UHGV virus genome: UHGV-1493261
Direction: 5' to 3' (one strand)
Source of the DNA: a virus
DNA length: 64,000 bases
The position numbers and the translations under genes are program-made. Of this stretch, positions 35,544-44,684 are shown one piece after another; position 1 is the first letter of the stretch; each line of letters starts with the position of its first letter. The notes under the pieces were generated by a model that saw only the letters and a program-made list of their open reading frames with translations, ran no database searches and was not told where the DNA came from.

Positions 35544-35911
35544 TCTTGATTCACATAGGCGGGGGTGGCCTCGCCTTCATCAGATACTACGCCGAACAAT
35601 TTGTCCAGAGAAGCCAGACATTGTGAGTTCAGGTGTTCACTGATCGTATCCTTCAGCATTTGTTCACTACCCAATTTGAATGGCAGAACCTTCGCTTCGA
35701 TGCCGTTTTCAAACGTCACAACGCCGACATACAGACCAACTTTCAGGCCTGTCATCAAGCCAAGGGGGACAAATCGCGGTTCCGATGGTAAGTTCTTGTC
35801 TGACGCCAGCTGTGTCAGATAAACTGGGGTGCTTGTGACAAATTGCCCTGCGGTGAGGATGGCGTCTGGCTTACTGCATCCGACCGCATATAATCCTACG
35901 AACTGTTTCAT
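35540..35911 (-). CDS. Hypothetical protein (123 aa), possible lipoprotein
   Basis: ATG with GAGAG Shine-Dalgarno; N-terminus MKQFVGLYAVGC is lipobox-like; convergent 4-bp overlap with uvsW. Confidence 0.5.
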   Translation of the reverse strand: MKQFVGLYAVGCSKPDAILTAGQFVTSTPVYLTQLASDKNLPSEPRFVPLGLMTGLKVGLYVGVVTFENGIEAKVLPFKLGSEQMLKDTISEHLNSQCLASLDKLFGVVSDEGEATPAYVNQD

Positions 35912-36006
35912 ATATTACTCTCGTGTGTTGGTTAACATGACATACATATTATTTCGCGTGCATGTTTAGACCAAATAAATTAATTTTGCTGTTGAATAAA
36001 AACTGC

Positions 36007-36036
36007 TTTCTTGTTGAACAATGGCGTGGTATTATA
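36007..36036 (+). promoter_or_regulatory. Extended -10 promoter candidate (TGgTATTAT)
   Basis: TG at 36027-36028 then TATTAT at 36030-36035 in an AT-rich divergent intergenic region. Confidence 0.3.
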
Positions 36037-36102
36037 CGAGTTGTGAGCGTTAGCGAACAACGAGTATTTGTTTTATGAGCGAAGCGAATAGGATTAATAA
36101 AG

Positions 36103-36140
36103 ATTATTATCTTTAATAAAGGTTATTATCTTTAATAAAG
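36103..36140. repeat. Two tandem 19-bp direct repeats (iteron-like)
   Basis: ATTATTATCTTTAATAAAG / GTTATTATCTTTAATAAAG; each unit contains the inverted half-sites TTATTA..TAATAA. Confidence 0.6.
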
Positions 36141-36143
36141 TCC

Positions 36144-36164
36144 ATAAATGCCGAAGGCATTTAT
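36144..36164. promoter_or_regulatory. Perfect palindrome ATAAATGCC-GAA-GGCATTTAT
   Basis: 9-bp arms, directly after the iteron-like repeats, upstream of the replication cluster. Confidence 0.5.
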
Positions 36165-36272
36165 TATAACGCGTAGCGCAATTTGCCACTTGTTCTATAA
36201 GCAAAACACAGCGATACTAGATTGCGTCAAACATGACTTGAATCCCCCACTATATTTTGAGGATACATACAA

Positions 36273-36941
36273 ATGCAAGAGATCACTCTCTCCGAACGTA
36301 CACTTCAGTTGCTGGCCAACTTTGAGACCATCAACCCATCTATCGTTCTGACACCGGGCAAGATGCTGCGCAGTATTAATGATTCTTCTACTGTGATCGC
36401 CGTGGCGCAGATCGAAGAAGACTTCCCGTTTGAGTTCCCGATTCTGGACCTGACCAAACTTCTGGCCATCCAGCGCCTACCTTCCTTCAAAGGTGCCAAA
36501 GCCGAATTTCATCAGGACTACATCCTGTTGAAAGGTGAAAGCTCTCAACTGCAGTTCTGGCGCTCCGCCAAAGAACTGACTGTGGTCCCGGCCGACACCA
36601 TCGAACTGCCTTCCGTCGACTTTGAAGCGATCATCACTCCAGAGAAGATGAAAGAACTGACCCGCGCCTGTTCTACCCTCGGACACAAGACTGTGCGCCT
36701 GGTTGCTCAGGGTGGCAAAACACGCCTGGTTGCAACCACCACTACCCTAGACAACTCCAACAACTACACTGTTGAGCTGGGCGAAACCGCACTGCCGGAC
36801 TTCGTAATGCCGCTGGATGTTGCCAACCTGAAAATGATCGAAGGCAACTACACTCTGCGTGCATGTGCTGATCTACAGATGGTGAACTTCCAATCATCCG
36901 ACGCGACGATCAATTACTTCGTCGGCGCACAGATTGAGTAA
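36273..36941 (+). CDS. gp45: Sliding clamp (gp45-like)
   Basis: 222 aa; N-terminus LSERTLQLLANFETINPSIVL parallels remembered T4 gp45 LSKDTTALLKNFATINSGIML; followed by the clamp loader genes. Confidence 0.85.
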   Translation: MQEITLSERTLQLLANFETINPSIVLTPGKMLRSINDSSTVIAVAQIEEDFPFEFPILDLTKLLAIQRLPSFKGAKAEFHQDYILLKGESSQLQFWRSAKELTVVPADTIELPSVDFEAIITPEKMKELTRACSTLGHKTVRLVAQGGKTRLVATTTTLDNSNNYTVELGETALPDFVMPLDVANLKMIEGNYTLRACADLQMVNFQSSDATINYFVGAQIE

Positions 36942-36960
36942 TCAATCTCCAGCCTGATGC

Positions 36961-36998
36961 TATAATGTGTGGGCGGGGCGTTCCCCGCCTATTTGAAA
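36961..36998 (+). promoter_or_regulatory. Cassette: TATAAT, GC hairpin (GGGCGGGGCG-TT-CCCCGCC), ATTTGAAA
   Basis: One of five similar cassettes placed 15-30 nt upstream of start codons. Confidence 0.4.
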
Positions 36999-37021
36999 TG
37001 ATTCTTCTACACGAGGCTGAA

Positions 37022-38011
37022 ATGTCTAATATCACTATCGTTTCCGACCAGTACGCATGGGAAAACAAGTACCGCCCTGACAACCTGGACGAGATTATCA
37101 TCCCTCAAGACGTCCGCGCTAAAATCCATGGCTACATCACCAGCGGCAACGGCAACATCCCGTCTATGCTGTTCTACTCCCCTCAGCCTGGTACTGGCAA
37201 GACTACCTCTGCTCTGGCCGTGTGTAATGAAATCGGCTGTAAGCAACCACTGATGATCAACGCATCCCTGGACAACAGCATCGACGTTATCCGTGACCGC
37301 GTGATTCAGTACTCTACTGGTGTGAGTGTATTCGGTGGCCGCAAAGTCGTTATTCTCGACGAAGTAGAGCGTCTGTCTATGGCGGCACAGGAGTCGCTGA
37401 AGGGTATTGTGGAGAAAGTCTCCAAGAACTGTTCATTCATCCTGACCACCAACGCCAAGCAACGCGTGAACGAACCTCTGCGCTCTCGTTGCCGTGAAAT
37501 CGACTTTATCTGGAACGAGCAGGAAGCACTGGAAGTTCAGAACAAGTTCTGTTTGCGTTGCGTTGAAATCCTCCGCGCCGAAGGTGTTGAGTTCGTTCCC
37601 CAGGTTCTGGCTGCTATCGTTAAGCGCCATTTCCCCGATAATCGCCGCATTATGGGCACCCTGCAGGATAACGTCACCACCTATGGCAAGATTGACGAAC
37701 GCGCCCTGGCTGTGCTGAAAGCAGGCGATATGGGCACGCTGGTCGGTATGCTGAAGACTGAAGATTGGGCTGGTATGAAGCAATGGGTGACTGACAACCA
37801 GAACTACATCACAGAAGACTTCTATTCTCGCTTCTTCCAATTCTGTGTACCACAGGATAAAGAGAAGCCGACGATGGTTAAGAACGAGTCTATCCCAGAT
37901 CTGGTCTGTGTCTGTGGTCAGTCACAAATCGAACATCGTCAGGTGGGTGATGTGTGGCTTCACGCCGTTTATTTCCTGACCAACGTCATGCTCAACATTA
38001 AGTGGAAGTGA
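37022..38011 (+). CDS. gp44: Clamp loader large subunit (gp44-like AAA+ ATPase)
   Basis: PQPGTGKTT Walker A, VVILDEVE Walker B, SRC motif (PLRSRC); ATG at 37022 is Met20 of track ORF 36965. Confidence 0.9.
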   Translation: MSNITIVSDQYAWENKYRPDNLDEIIIPQDVRAKIHGYITSGNGNIPSMLFYSPQPGTGKTTSALAVCNEIGCKQPLMINASLDNSIDVIRDRVIQYSTGVSVFGGRKVVILDEVERLSMAAQESLKGIVEKVSKNCSFILTTNAKQRVNEPLRSRCREIDFIWNEQEALEVQNKFCLRCVEILRAEGVEFVPQVLAAIVKRHFPDNRRIMGTLQDNVTTYGKIDERALAVLKAGDMGTLVGMLKTEDWAGMKQWVTDNQNYITEDFYSRFFQFCVPQDKEKPTMVKNESIPDLVCVCGQSQIEHRQVGDVWLHAVYFLTNVMLNIKWK

Positions 38012-38015
38012 TACG

Positions 38016-38438
38016 ATGGCCGCTCCTGCACTGTTCGATTTCCGCAACGCGCTCATGGAAACGAAGGAAGATATCCTCCGCACGACTGACCCAGAAGTGT
38101 TGAAGGCATTTGACCCGTTCATGATCCGGCGCTGTTTTGCTCAGAGTAAGGACACACTGGTAACGGCAGAGCAGTTGAATAAACTGCACGCCATCACGCC
38201 ATGGATGCAATGGTCATATGCCTTTTACACCATTCCGGCTCGGAAACGCTACGACAAATGGTCTAAGAAAGGTCCGATTGATCCTGACGTGAAGTTACTC
38301 TCAGAGTACTTCTACATCAGCATGGAGAAGGCATCGGAGTACGTCCGTTTCTTGCCGAAGGAAGTTCTGGCCGAGATACGCGAGAAGATGGGACGTACTG
38401 AGCTGAACGCCAAAGCGAAACCGCGCAAGGCTAAGTAG
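38016..38438 (+). CDS. gp62: Clamp loader small subunit (gp62-like)
   Basis: Position between gp44 and regA as in T4; RKRYDKWSKK resembles T4 gp62 RGKRYGKWAKL. Confidence 0.6.
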   Translation: MAAPALFDFRNALMETKEDILRTTDPEVLKAFDPFMIRRCFAQSKDTLVTAEQLNKLHAITPWMQWSYAFYTIPARKRYDKWSKKGPIDPDVKLLSEYFYISMEKASEYVRFLPKEVLAEIREKMGRTELNAKAKPRKAK

Positions 38439-38467
38439 TTCAAACTATTGTAAAAGGGGAATGAGTC

Positions 38468-38932
38468 ATGGCGCGTAATACGCTAGACATATTGAATATT
38501 TCAGCAGTCAACGATGAGGCCAGCATCGTTGATTGTATGGTTGAAGTTCAATTGAACCAAGATCGGCCAGGTATATTCCTGGGGATCAAGGAAACACTGA
38601 GCCGGATTGGGGTAAACACGCGCCAAGAGCCGAATACTCTGTATCAGACTTGCCATATTCTTCATAAGTGTGGTAAGTATTATATCGTCCACTTTAAGCA
38701 TCTATTTATGCTGGACGGGCATTACAACGGATTTAACCGCGAAGATGTCCTGAGGATGAACCGAATCATCAAGCTGCTGGAGCAGTGGAACATGGTGAAG
38801 GTCATTCATCCCGAGCAGGTCACCGAAGCCGCCGATATGTCACGCATTAAAGTGGTTAAACACGATCAGGTTCCTGAATGGAAGCTGGTCCCAAAATACA
38901 TTATCCGGCCCACAAAGGCCAAAAGCGAATAA
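38468..38932 (+). CDS. regA: Translational repressor RegA-like
   Basis: LYQTCHILHKCGKYYIVHFKHLF and EWKLVPKYIIRP match remembered T4 RegA LYQSCHILQKKGLYYIVHFKEM .. EWKLVPKYTIGN. Confidence 0.8.
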   Translation: MARNTLDILNISAVNDEASIVDCMVEVQLNQDRPGIFLGIKETLSRIGVNTRQEPNTLYQTCHILHKCGKYYIVHFKHLFMLDGHYNGFNREDVLRMNRIIKLLEQWNMVKVIHPEQVTEAADMSRIKVVKHDQVPEWKLVPKYIIRPTKAKSE

Positions 38933-38948
38933 CTGGAGTCTCTAAATC

Positions 38949-39821
38949 ATGACAACTACATTTTCTAAGAACGTGAATCTGAATCTGGCTTTCGGTAATG
39001 CAAAGGGCGACGTCACATCGCCTGACTTTGGTAAGATCCGCAATCAGGCGAAACTGGTGCTGGAAGAGACCCGCGAACTGCTGGAAGCGGCGTTCTTTGA
39101 CCATGATGTGAAGGTGGAATTCACTGCAACTCCACGAGTCCTGAAAGAACCTGTTGTTGTCGACATCAAAGGCATTATGCGCCAGATCATGGATGCCCAT
39201 GGCGACATCACAACAGTCAACGACGGTGTGGCTCATATTGCTGGTTTCGACGGTGACGAATGCCTACAGCGCGTGTATGCCTCTAACATGAGCAAGTTCG
39301 TCCGCAATGAAGGTGAAGTTGTTCCAGCGCTGGAGTATTACTACAACAAAGGCTTCCCACGCGAAAGTCTACGCATCGAAGGGGAATTCCCTCAGGCATG
39401 CATCAAAGTGGTGGACACCATCACCGTCGACGGCAAAGAATACCCGGCTGGCAAGTTCCTGAAGAACATGGCAACCTTCAAAGAGCCTGACTTCTCTGAT
39501 ATGTTGACCACCGAGCCTAAGCGCCAGATCACCGAAATCATTCTGACGGGCACGGCTACCCCAGGTCGACTCAGTTCTAACGAACATGCTGGTGTTGCCT
39601 ACGCGCCGTTCGATTTTATTGACGAGATCGTAGGATACACCAAGATGGGCTTCCAGGCGTTCTCTGGTGAAACAATCGAGAGTTATATTCCTGTGTTTGT
39701 TTTCAATGAAGACAACTTCCCAACTCTGCCGTTGATCTGGGGTGAATGGAAAGCCAACGTTCGTATCTATGTGTCCAGCCCAGTACAATCATCTATCACC
39801 CAACTGACCCGTATCGATTAA
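38949..39821 (+). CDS. Protein with N-terminal MazG-like (all-alpha NTP pyrophosphohydrolase) signature; candidate dNTPase
   Basis: LVLEETRELLEAAF carries the EExxE motif; sits where T4 has the DNA polymerase gene after regA. Remaining about 170 aa unassigned. Confidence 0.4.
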   Translation: MTTTFSKNVNLNLAFGNAKGDVTSPDFGKIRNQAKLVLEETRELLEAAFFDHDVKVEFTATPRVLKEPVVVDIKGIMRQIMDAHGDITTVNDGVAHIAGFDGDECLQRVYASNMSKFVRNEGEVVPALEYYYNKGFPRESLRIEGEFPQACIKVVDTITVDGKEYPAGKFLKNMATFKEPDFSDMLTTEPKRQITEIILTGTATPGRLSSNEHAGVAYAPFDFIDEIVGYTKMGFQAFSGETIESYIPVFVFNEDNFPTLPLIWGEWKANVRIYVSSPVQSSITQLTRID

Positions 39822-39843
39822 GATATACAGTTATTCACTAAAC

Positions 39844-39875
39844 AACAGAGGCTATAATGGCCTCTGTTTTCTTAT
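39844..39875 (+). terminator. Rho-independent terminator
   Basis: AACAGAGGC-TATAATG-GCCTCTGTT followed by TTTTCTT; the track ATG at 39857 lies in the loop. Confidence 0.6.
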
Positions 39876-39889
39876 TCTGTGAGGATACC

Positions 39890-41086
39890 ATGAAAGACAA
39901 AGCCCTGGACGTCCCGTACTGCGGTGTCCGCGAAGAAAAGATAAAGTCGGCCAAACCGGTTCTCAGTCCGACCCATACCCGCCTGTCTTACGAATGGATG
40001 CGCGATCGTTATCAGATCCACGTCAAGAAGGACGTCCAGCGCCTTCCTGCTCCTTGGACTGATAATCCCATATTACGCCAGGTTAAATTCTGTAACGTCC
40101 GGAGAGAGCACGACAGGCAGTCTCTCAACCTGATCAATAACATTGTCAAGAACGATGCTCTGGGCATGGCAGACAAGATGTTCAACTGCGTGTTGTTCCG
40201 CATGTTCAACCTCTGGGATCCGATCCAGGCTATCGGCGGCGCGATGACGATCAAAGAATTCGCCAAGATCAACCTCGATGCAACCCGCGAACGACTTCAG
40301 AAGTTCGAGGCCGACGGCGGTAAAGTATTCACCAATGCCTTCAACACGGGCGGTCTGAAGCAATGCCTGGCTTTCCCTGAGATGGTTGTCAACCACAAGG
40401 AGCAGCGCTTCGGTGGGATGATGGTGAATCTGATCTGTAAAGACGGTTCAACCCAGAACATGGATTATAAAGAAGCCAAGGCGATAGCCGAAGCAGAGCC
40501 GGACTTCTACACCATCGAAGGTTGGGAACCGTACATGCCAATGCGTGTCATCCGCTCCCTGAAGGCATTCGTCAACAAGTATCCAAATTATTTCCATGAC
40601 CTGCTGCGCCTTGATACGCCTTTGGAAGTATACCAGCGCATGTACGACGACATCGAAGGGCTTGGTCCATTCCTGGCCTATCAGATCTGGGTTGATTTCA
40701 CGTACATTCCTGGATATCCTTTCAGTGAGAACCACTTCACGGTTGCTGGACCAGGCTGTCGCGCAGGGATTGATCTTCTGTTCCTGAACAAAGACGGTAT
40801 GACCCACGAAGAATGCATCTTCTGGTTGCGGGACAATCAGGACGCAGTTTATGGTCCTCTTGGGTATAACAGGGAAGAATTTTGGTCTGAGGAAGAGCCT
40901 TGGGATCGCCATTTAAATATAATGGCAGGAGAAAATATGTTTTGTGAACTTCAGAAATATACCCGTTGTGTAGAGGCCATACAGCAAGGTAAAAAACCGC
41001 GCGGGAAGGTTGGATACGATGGGGAAGGACGACCTAAAGCGACGACATCTGGTTCTAAAAACCTACTAAATTTATTTAAAAAGTAA
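39890..41086 (+). CDS. Hypothetical protein (398 aa), enzyme-like
   Basis: ATG with GAGGA Shine-Dalgarno after the terminator; no family recognised. Confidence 0.6.
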   Translation: MKDKALDVPYCGVREEKIKSAKPVLSPTHTRLSYEWMRDRYQIHVKKDVQRLPAPWTDNPILRQVKFCNVRREHDRQSLNLINNIVKNDALGMADKMFNCVLFRMFNLWDPIQAIGGAMTIKEFAKINLDATRERLQKFEADGGKVFTNAFNTGGLKQCLAFPEMVVNHKEQRFGGMMVNLICKDGSTQNMDYKEAKAIAEAEPDFYTIEGWEPYMPMRVIRSLKAFVNKYPNYFHDLLRLDTPLEVYQRMYDDIEGLGPFLAYQIWVDFTYIPGYPFSENHFTVAGPGCRAGIDLLFLNKDGMTHEECIFWLRDNQDAVYGPLGYNREEFWSEEEPWDRHLNIMAGENMFCELQKYTRCVEAIQQGKKPRGKVGYDGEGRPKATTSGSKNLLNLFKK

Positions 41087-41145
41087 CTTACTTTGTGAGT
41101 TAATAAAGTATATTATAACAGGAACTTTCATTTGGAGTTCCTGTT

Positions 41146-42075
41146 ATGTTTTACGAATTATTGATTTCTAAAGGCGGTAAACCGCATTTTATCAAGAAGT
41201 ATTTGAGGATGATTCAATCTTTCAAATATTCTGATGGTGACTACACTGAATTACACCACATCCTTCCCAAGAGCATGTTCCCTGAATATTCTAAAGATAA
41301 GATCAATTTGGCAAGACTTACTGGCAGGCAACATTATCTTGCCCATGTGTGTTTGGCCTTGGCTTTCCCGAATTCTGATATGGTATATGCTGTTATTTTG
41401 ATGAGCCGTGGGGGTAGGTATACACCAACGGGTATAAAATTTAATTCTCACCTTTACGAAAAGTTAAGGAAAGAATTTGGACAAAGAATATCCAAACTCA
41501 CAAAGGGTGTCTCTAAATGCGTCGGGGCAAACAACCCAATGTATGGGAGAAGAGGAAAGAATAATCCCCAATATAGATATAAGAGAACTCCAGAGCAAGT
41601 CAAGAAAATTACCAAAGGATTGATGAAAATCCATGAAAGGATGGCTTCTGATCCTGAATATAAAAGGCGGGTTTTAGAGAAACGCCGCGCCAACATGGAT
41701 TTAGAACAATTTTCTGAACGTGCCAGGAAAGCTAAACTTGGGGAACTTAATCCAAATCATGGCAAAGATATTACCAACACGTTTACCCCTGAACAACGAC
41801 AGAAACAAATAGAAGGTATTAGAAAAGCCCATTTATCAAAAATGCCCTGGGAGAAACCGCGTTGGTCTGATGAAAAGGACATGTATTGGGCGAAAGCTGA
41901 TAAATTCCTTGAAGCAATGAAAACAATGAAAAGAGCGGAAGCCCTCATGCATGTGTACGGAACAAAGGATTTGAAGGCTTTTAATGCGACAAACAGCATT
42001 ATCGAACGTTTCAATAGAGGGTGGGAACCTTTGAAATGTCCTAAATGGACAGAACGATACGGTTCTTCTGAATAA
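41146..42075 (+). CDS. HNH homing endonuclease with NUMOD3-like motifs
   Basis: TELHHILPKSMFPEY .. NLARLTGRQHYLAHV HNH core; NPMYGRRGKNNP and GELNPNHGKD NUMOD3-like; AT-rich coding sequence; hairpin CAGGAACT..AGTTCCTG immediately upstream. Confidence 0.8.
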   Translation: MFYELLISKGGKPHFIKKYLRMIQSFKYSDGDYTELHHILPKSMFPEYSKDKINLARLTGRQHYLAHVCLALAFPNSDMVYAVILMSRGGRYTPTGIKFNSHLYEKLRKEFGQRISKLTKGVSKCVGANNPMYGRRGKNNPQYRYKRTPEQVKKITKGLMKIHERMASDPEYKRRVLEKRRANMDLEQFSERARKAKLGELNPNHGKDITNTFTPEQRQKQIEGIRKAHLSKMPWEKPRWSDEKDMYWAKADKFLEAMKTMKRAEALMHVYGTKDLKAFNATNSIIERFNRGWEPLKCPKWTERYGSSE

Positions 42076-42115
42076 AGATTCCCTTTACTTCGTTCTTCAA
42101 TAACTCAATCCAGCG

Positions 42116-42169
42116 TATATTGACCTCACTTAAACGAAGCGCCCTGGCAAACGGGGCGCACATTTGAAC
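42116..42169 (+). promoter_or_regulatory. Cassette: TATATT, GC hairpin (GCGCCC..GGGCGC), CATTTGAAC
   Basis: Same architecture as the cassette at 36961. Confidence 0.35.
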
Positions 42170-42189
42170 TGAAACAGGAAGATTACATC

Positions 42190-44208
42190 ATGTCAGATTT
42201 TAAGTCCTTCGCAGTAGCTGTCAACAATAACGTGCTGGCCATGTCAGCAACTGGTCTGTTCATGACCAACATCGATAAAGATGCTCTGTGGGATCTGTAT
42301 CTGTCTTCTTTCCCTGCTGGCACTAACCCGCTTTATCGTGAGCGTACCGAGCACGACTGCACCTGCTGTAAACAATTCATCCGTAACATTGGCGGTGTGG
42401 TCACCATCGACTCCGACCTGAACGTGATCTCTATCTGGGATAACATTCAGCTGGGTAACGAATACGACGTTGTCTCTGCGGCGCTGTCAGCGTATGTTAA
42501 GCAGCACGCAATCGTCGACGTGTACTTCAACGACACCAAGAAAGTTGGTGTTGAGTCGAATCACGAAATGAAAGACGGTATTGTCCGCACCTACAACCAC
42601 TTCCACACCGACCTGCTGGGTAGCTATGTTCTGCGGGCAGATACCATCGCTTCTAAGAAGGGTGAAATCCGCCAGGCGATTGAAGTGTTTGAGCGCGGCC
42701 TGCGCGAACTGTCTCTGGAATCGGCTGAAATCGTCCTGGAACTGATCGATCAGAATTCTCTGTATCGCGGTGAAGAGCACAAAGCGGCAGTGCAGGCGTT
42801 CGTGGTGAACAAGACCATGTACGAACAAACTGCAGAAGAGAAACGCGCTCTGTGGGCTTGGCGCACTGGCTACCGTGCAAACGGTCATACCCCTCACGGC
42901 ATTCGTAATACCGTGATTGGCTCTCTGCTGGTAGACCTCAATGAAGGCCGGGATCTGGAAACCGCCGTGAAGTCCTTTGAAGCCAAAGTCGCTCCGACGA
43001 ACTACAAGCGCCCGACTGCGCTGGTGACAAAGTCGATGATCGAAAACGCGCAGAAAGAAGTCGAAGCGCTGGGTCTGACTGATTCGCTGGGTCGCCGTTA
43101 TGCCGTGTATGACGATCTGACCATCAACAACGTTCTGTTCGCCGATCTGGCAGCGCAGAAGAAGATGGACCCGTTTGCTCAACTGGCGTCTGAAGTGAAG
43201 ACTCCGACCAAGTCCCTGGATAAGGTTGAAGAGATCACCATCGACGACTTCCTGGCCAACGTGTTGCCAAAGGCGCATTCCATGGAAGTGCTGGTTGAGA
43301 ACTCTCACATTGGCAACCTGATGTCTCTGATCGCTCCGGCGAACCCAGATGCACCTAACCTGTTCAAGTGGAACAACGGCTTCAGCTGGTCATACAACGG
43401 TGAAGTGGCAGACTCCATCAAAGAGCGCGTGAAGACCGCTGGTGGCAACGTTGACAGCTTCCTCCGTGTGTCACTGGCTTGGCATAACAACGACGACCTG
43501 GATCTGAGCCTGAACGATCCTCTTCACAACCACGTGTACTTCCGCAACCGTCGTTCGTCAACAGGTGCAACCCTGGACATCGATATGAACGGTATGGATG
43601 GCATTGACCCAAATCGCCGTCCGGTGGAGAACATCTTCTTCAGCGATGAACGCAAGCTACGTGACGGGAATTATGAGTTCTATGTCACCAACTACAACAA
43701 GCGTGAAACCTGTGACGTTGGCTTCGAAATCGAAGTCGAATACAAAGGCCAGACCAAGCGCTTCTCACATCCTGGTCTGGGTAACAAAGATCGCACGTTG
43801 GCTGTTGTGGTTCAGGTTCGCGCTGGTCAGGTAGTAGACATCCGTTCCACCCTGAAAGACGACGAACGCTCTCAGGAAATCTGGGGTATCAAGACTGCTA
43901 CCTTCCAGAAAGTACAGCTGGTCCTGAATTCACCAAACCATTGGGACGGCGAGCAGACGGGCAACAAGCACGTGTTCTTCATCCTGGAAGGTTGCGCCAA
44001 CCCTGTGGGCACCCGTGGCTTCTACAACGAATATCTGAAGCCGGAACTGGATAAACACCGCAAGGTTTTTGAAATGTTAGGTGGTAAGATTAAAGTACAG
44101 CCAAGCACTGAGCAGCTGTCCGGTCTGGGCTTCTCTACCACCCAACGCAACCACGTGTTCGTGAAGGTGAGCGGCTCGTTCAACCGCACTGTGAAAGTTG
44201 TGTTCTAA
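42190..44208 (+). CDS. Hypothetical protein (672 aa)
   Basis: Uninterrupted ORF with AGGAAG Shine-Dalgarno; contains HDCTCC and EMKDG motifs but no family recognised. Confidence 0.7.
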   Translation: MSDFKSFAVAVNNNVLAMSATGLFMTNIDKDALWDLYLSSFPAGTNPLYRERTEHDCTCCKQFIRNIGGVVTIDSDLNVISIWDNIQLGNEYDVVSAALSAYVKQHAIVDVYFNDTKKVGVESNHEMKDGIVRTYNHFHTDLLGSYVLRADTIASKKGEIRQAIEVFERGLRELSLESAEIVLELIDQNSLYRGEEHKAAVQAFVVNKTMYEQTAEEKRALWAWRTGYRANGHTPHGIRNTVIGSLLVDLNEGRDLETAVKSFEAKVAPTNYKRPTALVTKSMIENAQKEVEALGLTDSLGRRYAVYDDLTINNVLFADLAAQKKMDPFAQLASEVKTPTKSLDKVEEITIDDFLANVLPKAHSMEVLVENSHIGNLMSLIAPANPDAPNLFKWNNGFSWSYNGEVADSIKERVKTAGGNVDSFLRVSLAWHNNDDLDLSLNDPLHNHVYFRNRRSSTGATLDIDMNGMDGIDPNRRPVENIFFSDERKLRDGNYEFYVTNYNKRETCDVGFEIEVEYKGQTKRFSHPGLGNKDRTLAVVVQVRAGQVVDIRSTLKDDERSQEIWGIKTATFQKVQLVLNSPNHWDGEQTGNKHVFFILEGCANPVGTRGFYNEYLKPELDKHRKVFEMLGGKIKVQPSTEQLSGLGFSTTQRNHVFVKVSGSFNRTVKVVF

Positions 44209-44252
44209 ACCTGATTTGAAATTGTGTCCCATTCATCATTGAGGATAGTAAA

Positions 44253-44624
44253 ATGTTTGATAAAGTAACCCGTCTGAAACTGCGCTTCGAGTCTAACAAA
44301 GGTCTGCTGTCTGTTGAGCAGGTCTGGGACCTGAGCCTGACCGCTCTGAACGAAATGGCGAAAAGCCTGAGCCGTCAGGTGAAGGCAGCGGAAACCGATG
44401 AAGAAGATTTCATTGGCACCAAAAGCAACGTTGACTCCGAACTGCAGCTGCGCTTCGACGTTGTCAAGCACATCATCGGCGTTAAGCTGAAAGAACGTGA
44501 CGACAGCAGAGACGCGGCAGAGCGTAAGGCGAACAACCAGGTTATCCTGGAGCTGATCCAGCGTAAGAAACAGCAAGAGCTGGAAAGCAAATCTGTTGAA
44601 GAACTGGAAGCGCTGCTGAAATAA
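44253..44624 (+). CDS. Hypothetical protein (123 aa), charged helical
   Basis: ATG with GAGGATAG Shine-Dalgarno. Confidence 0.55.
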   Translation: MFDKVTRLKLRFESNKGLLSVEQVWDLSLTALNEMAKSLSRQVKAAETDEEDFIGTKSNVDSELQLRFDVVKHIIGVKLKERDDSRDAAERKANNQVILELIQRKKQQELESKSVEELEALLK

Positions 44625-44645
44625 CCCTGTTGGCCTCGGCCTGAG

Positions 44646-44673
44646 CAACCCCGCCATGTGCGGGGTTTCTTTT
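44646..44673 (+). terminator. Rho-independent terminator
   Basis: CCCCGC-CATGT-GCGGGG followed by TTTCTTTT. Confidence 0.6.
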
Positions 44674-44684
44674 GGACAAAGAAT

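Noticed and set aside
36148-36351. 67-aa + strand ORF overlapping the gp45 start
   Set aside because: Overlaps the well-supported sliding clamp start and regulatory repeats.
39857-39889. ATG at 39857 as the start of the 409-aa track ORF
   Set aside because: It lies in the loop of a terminator hairpin; the ATG at 39890 has a GAGGA Shine-Dalgarno.
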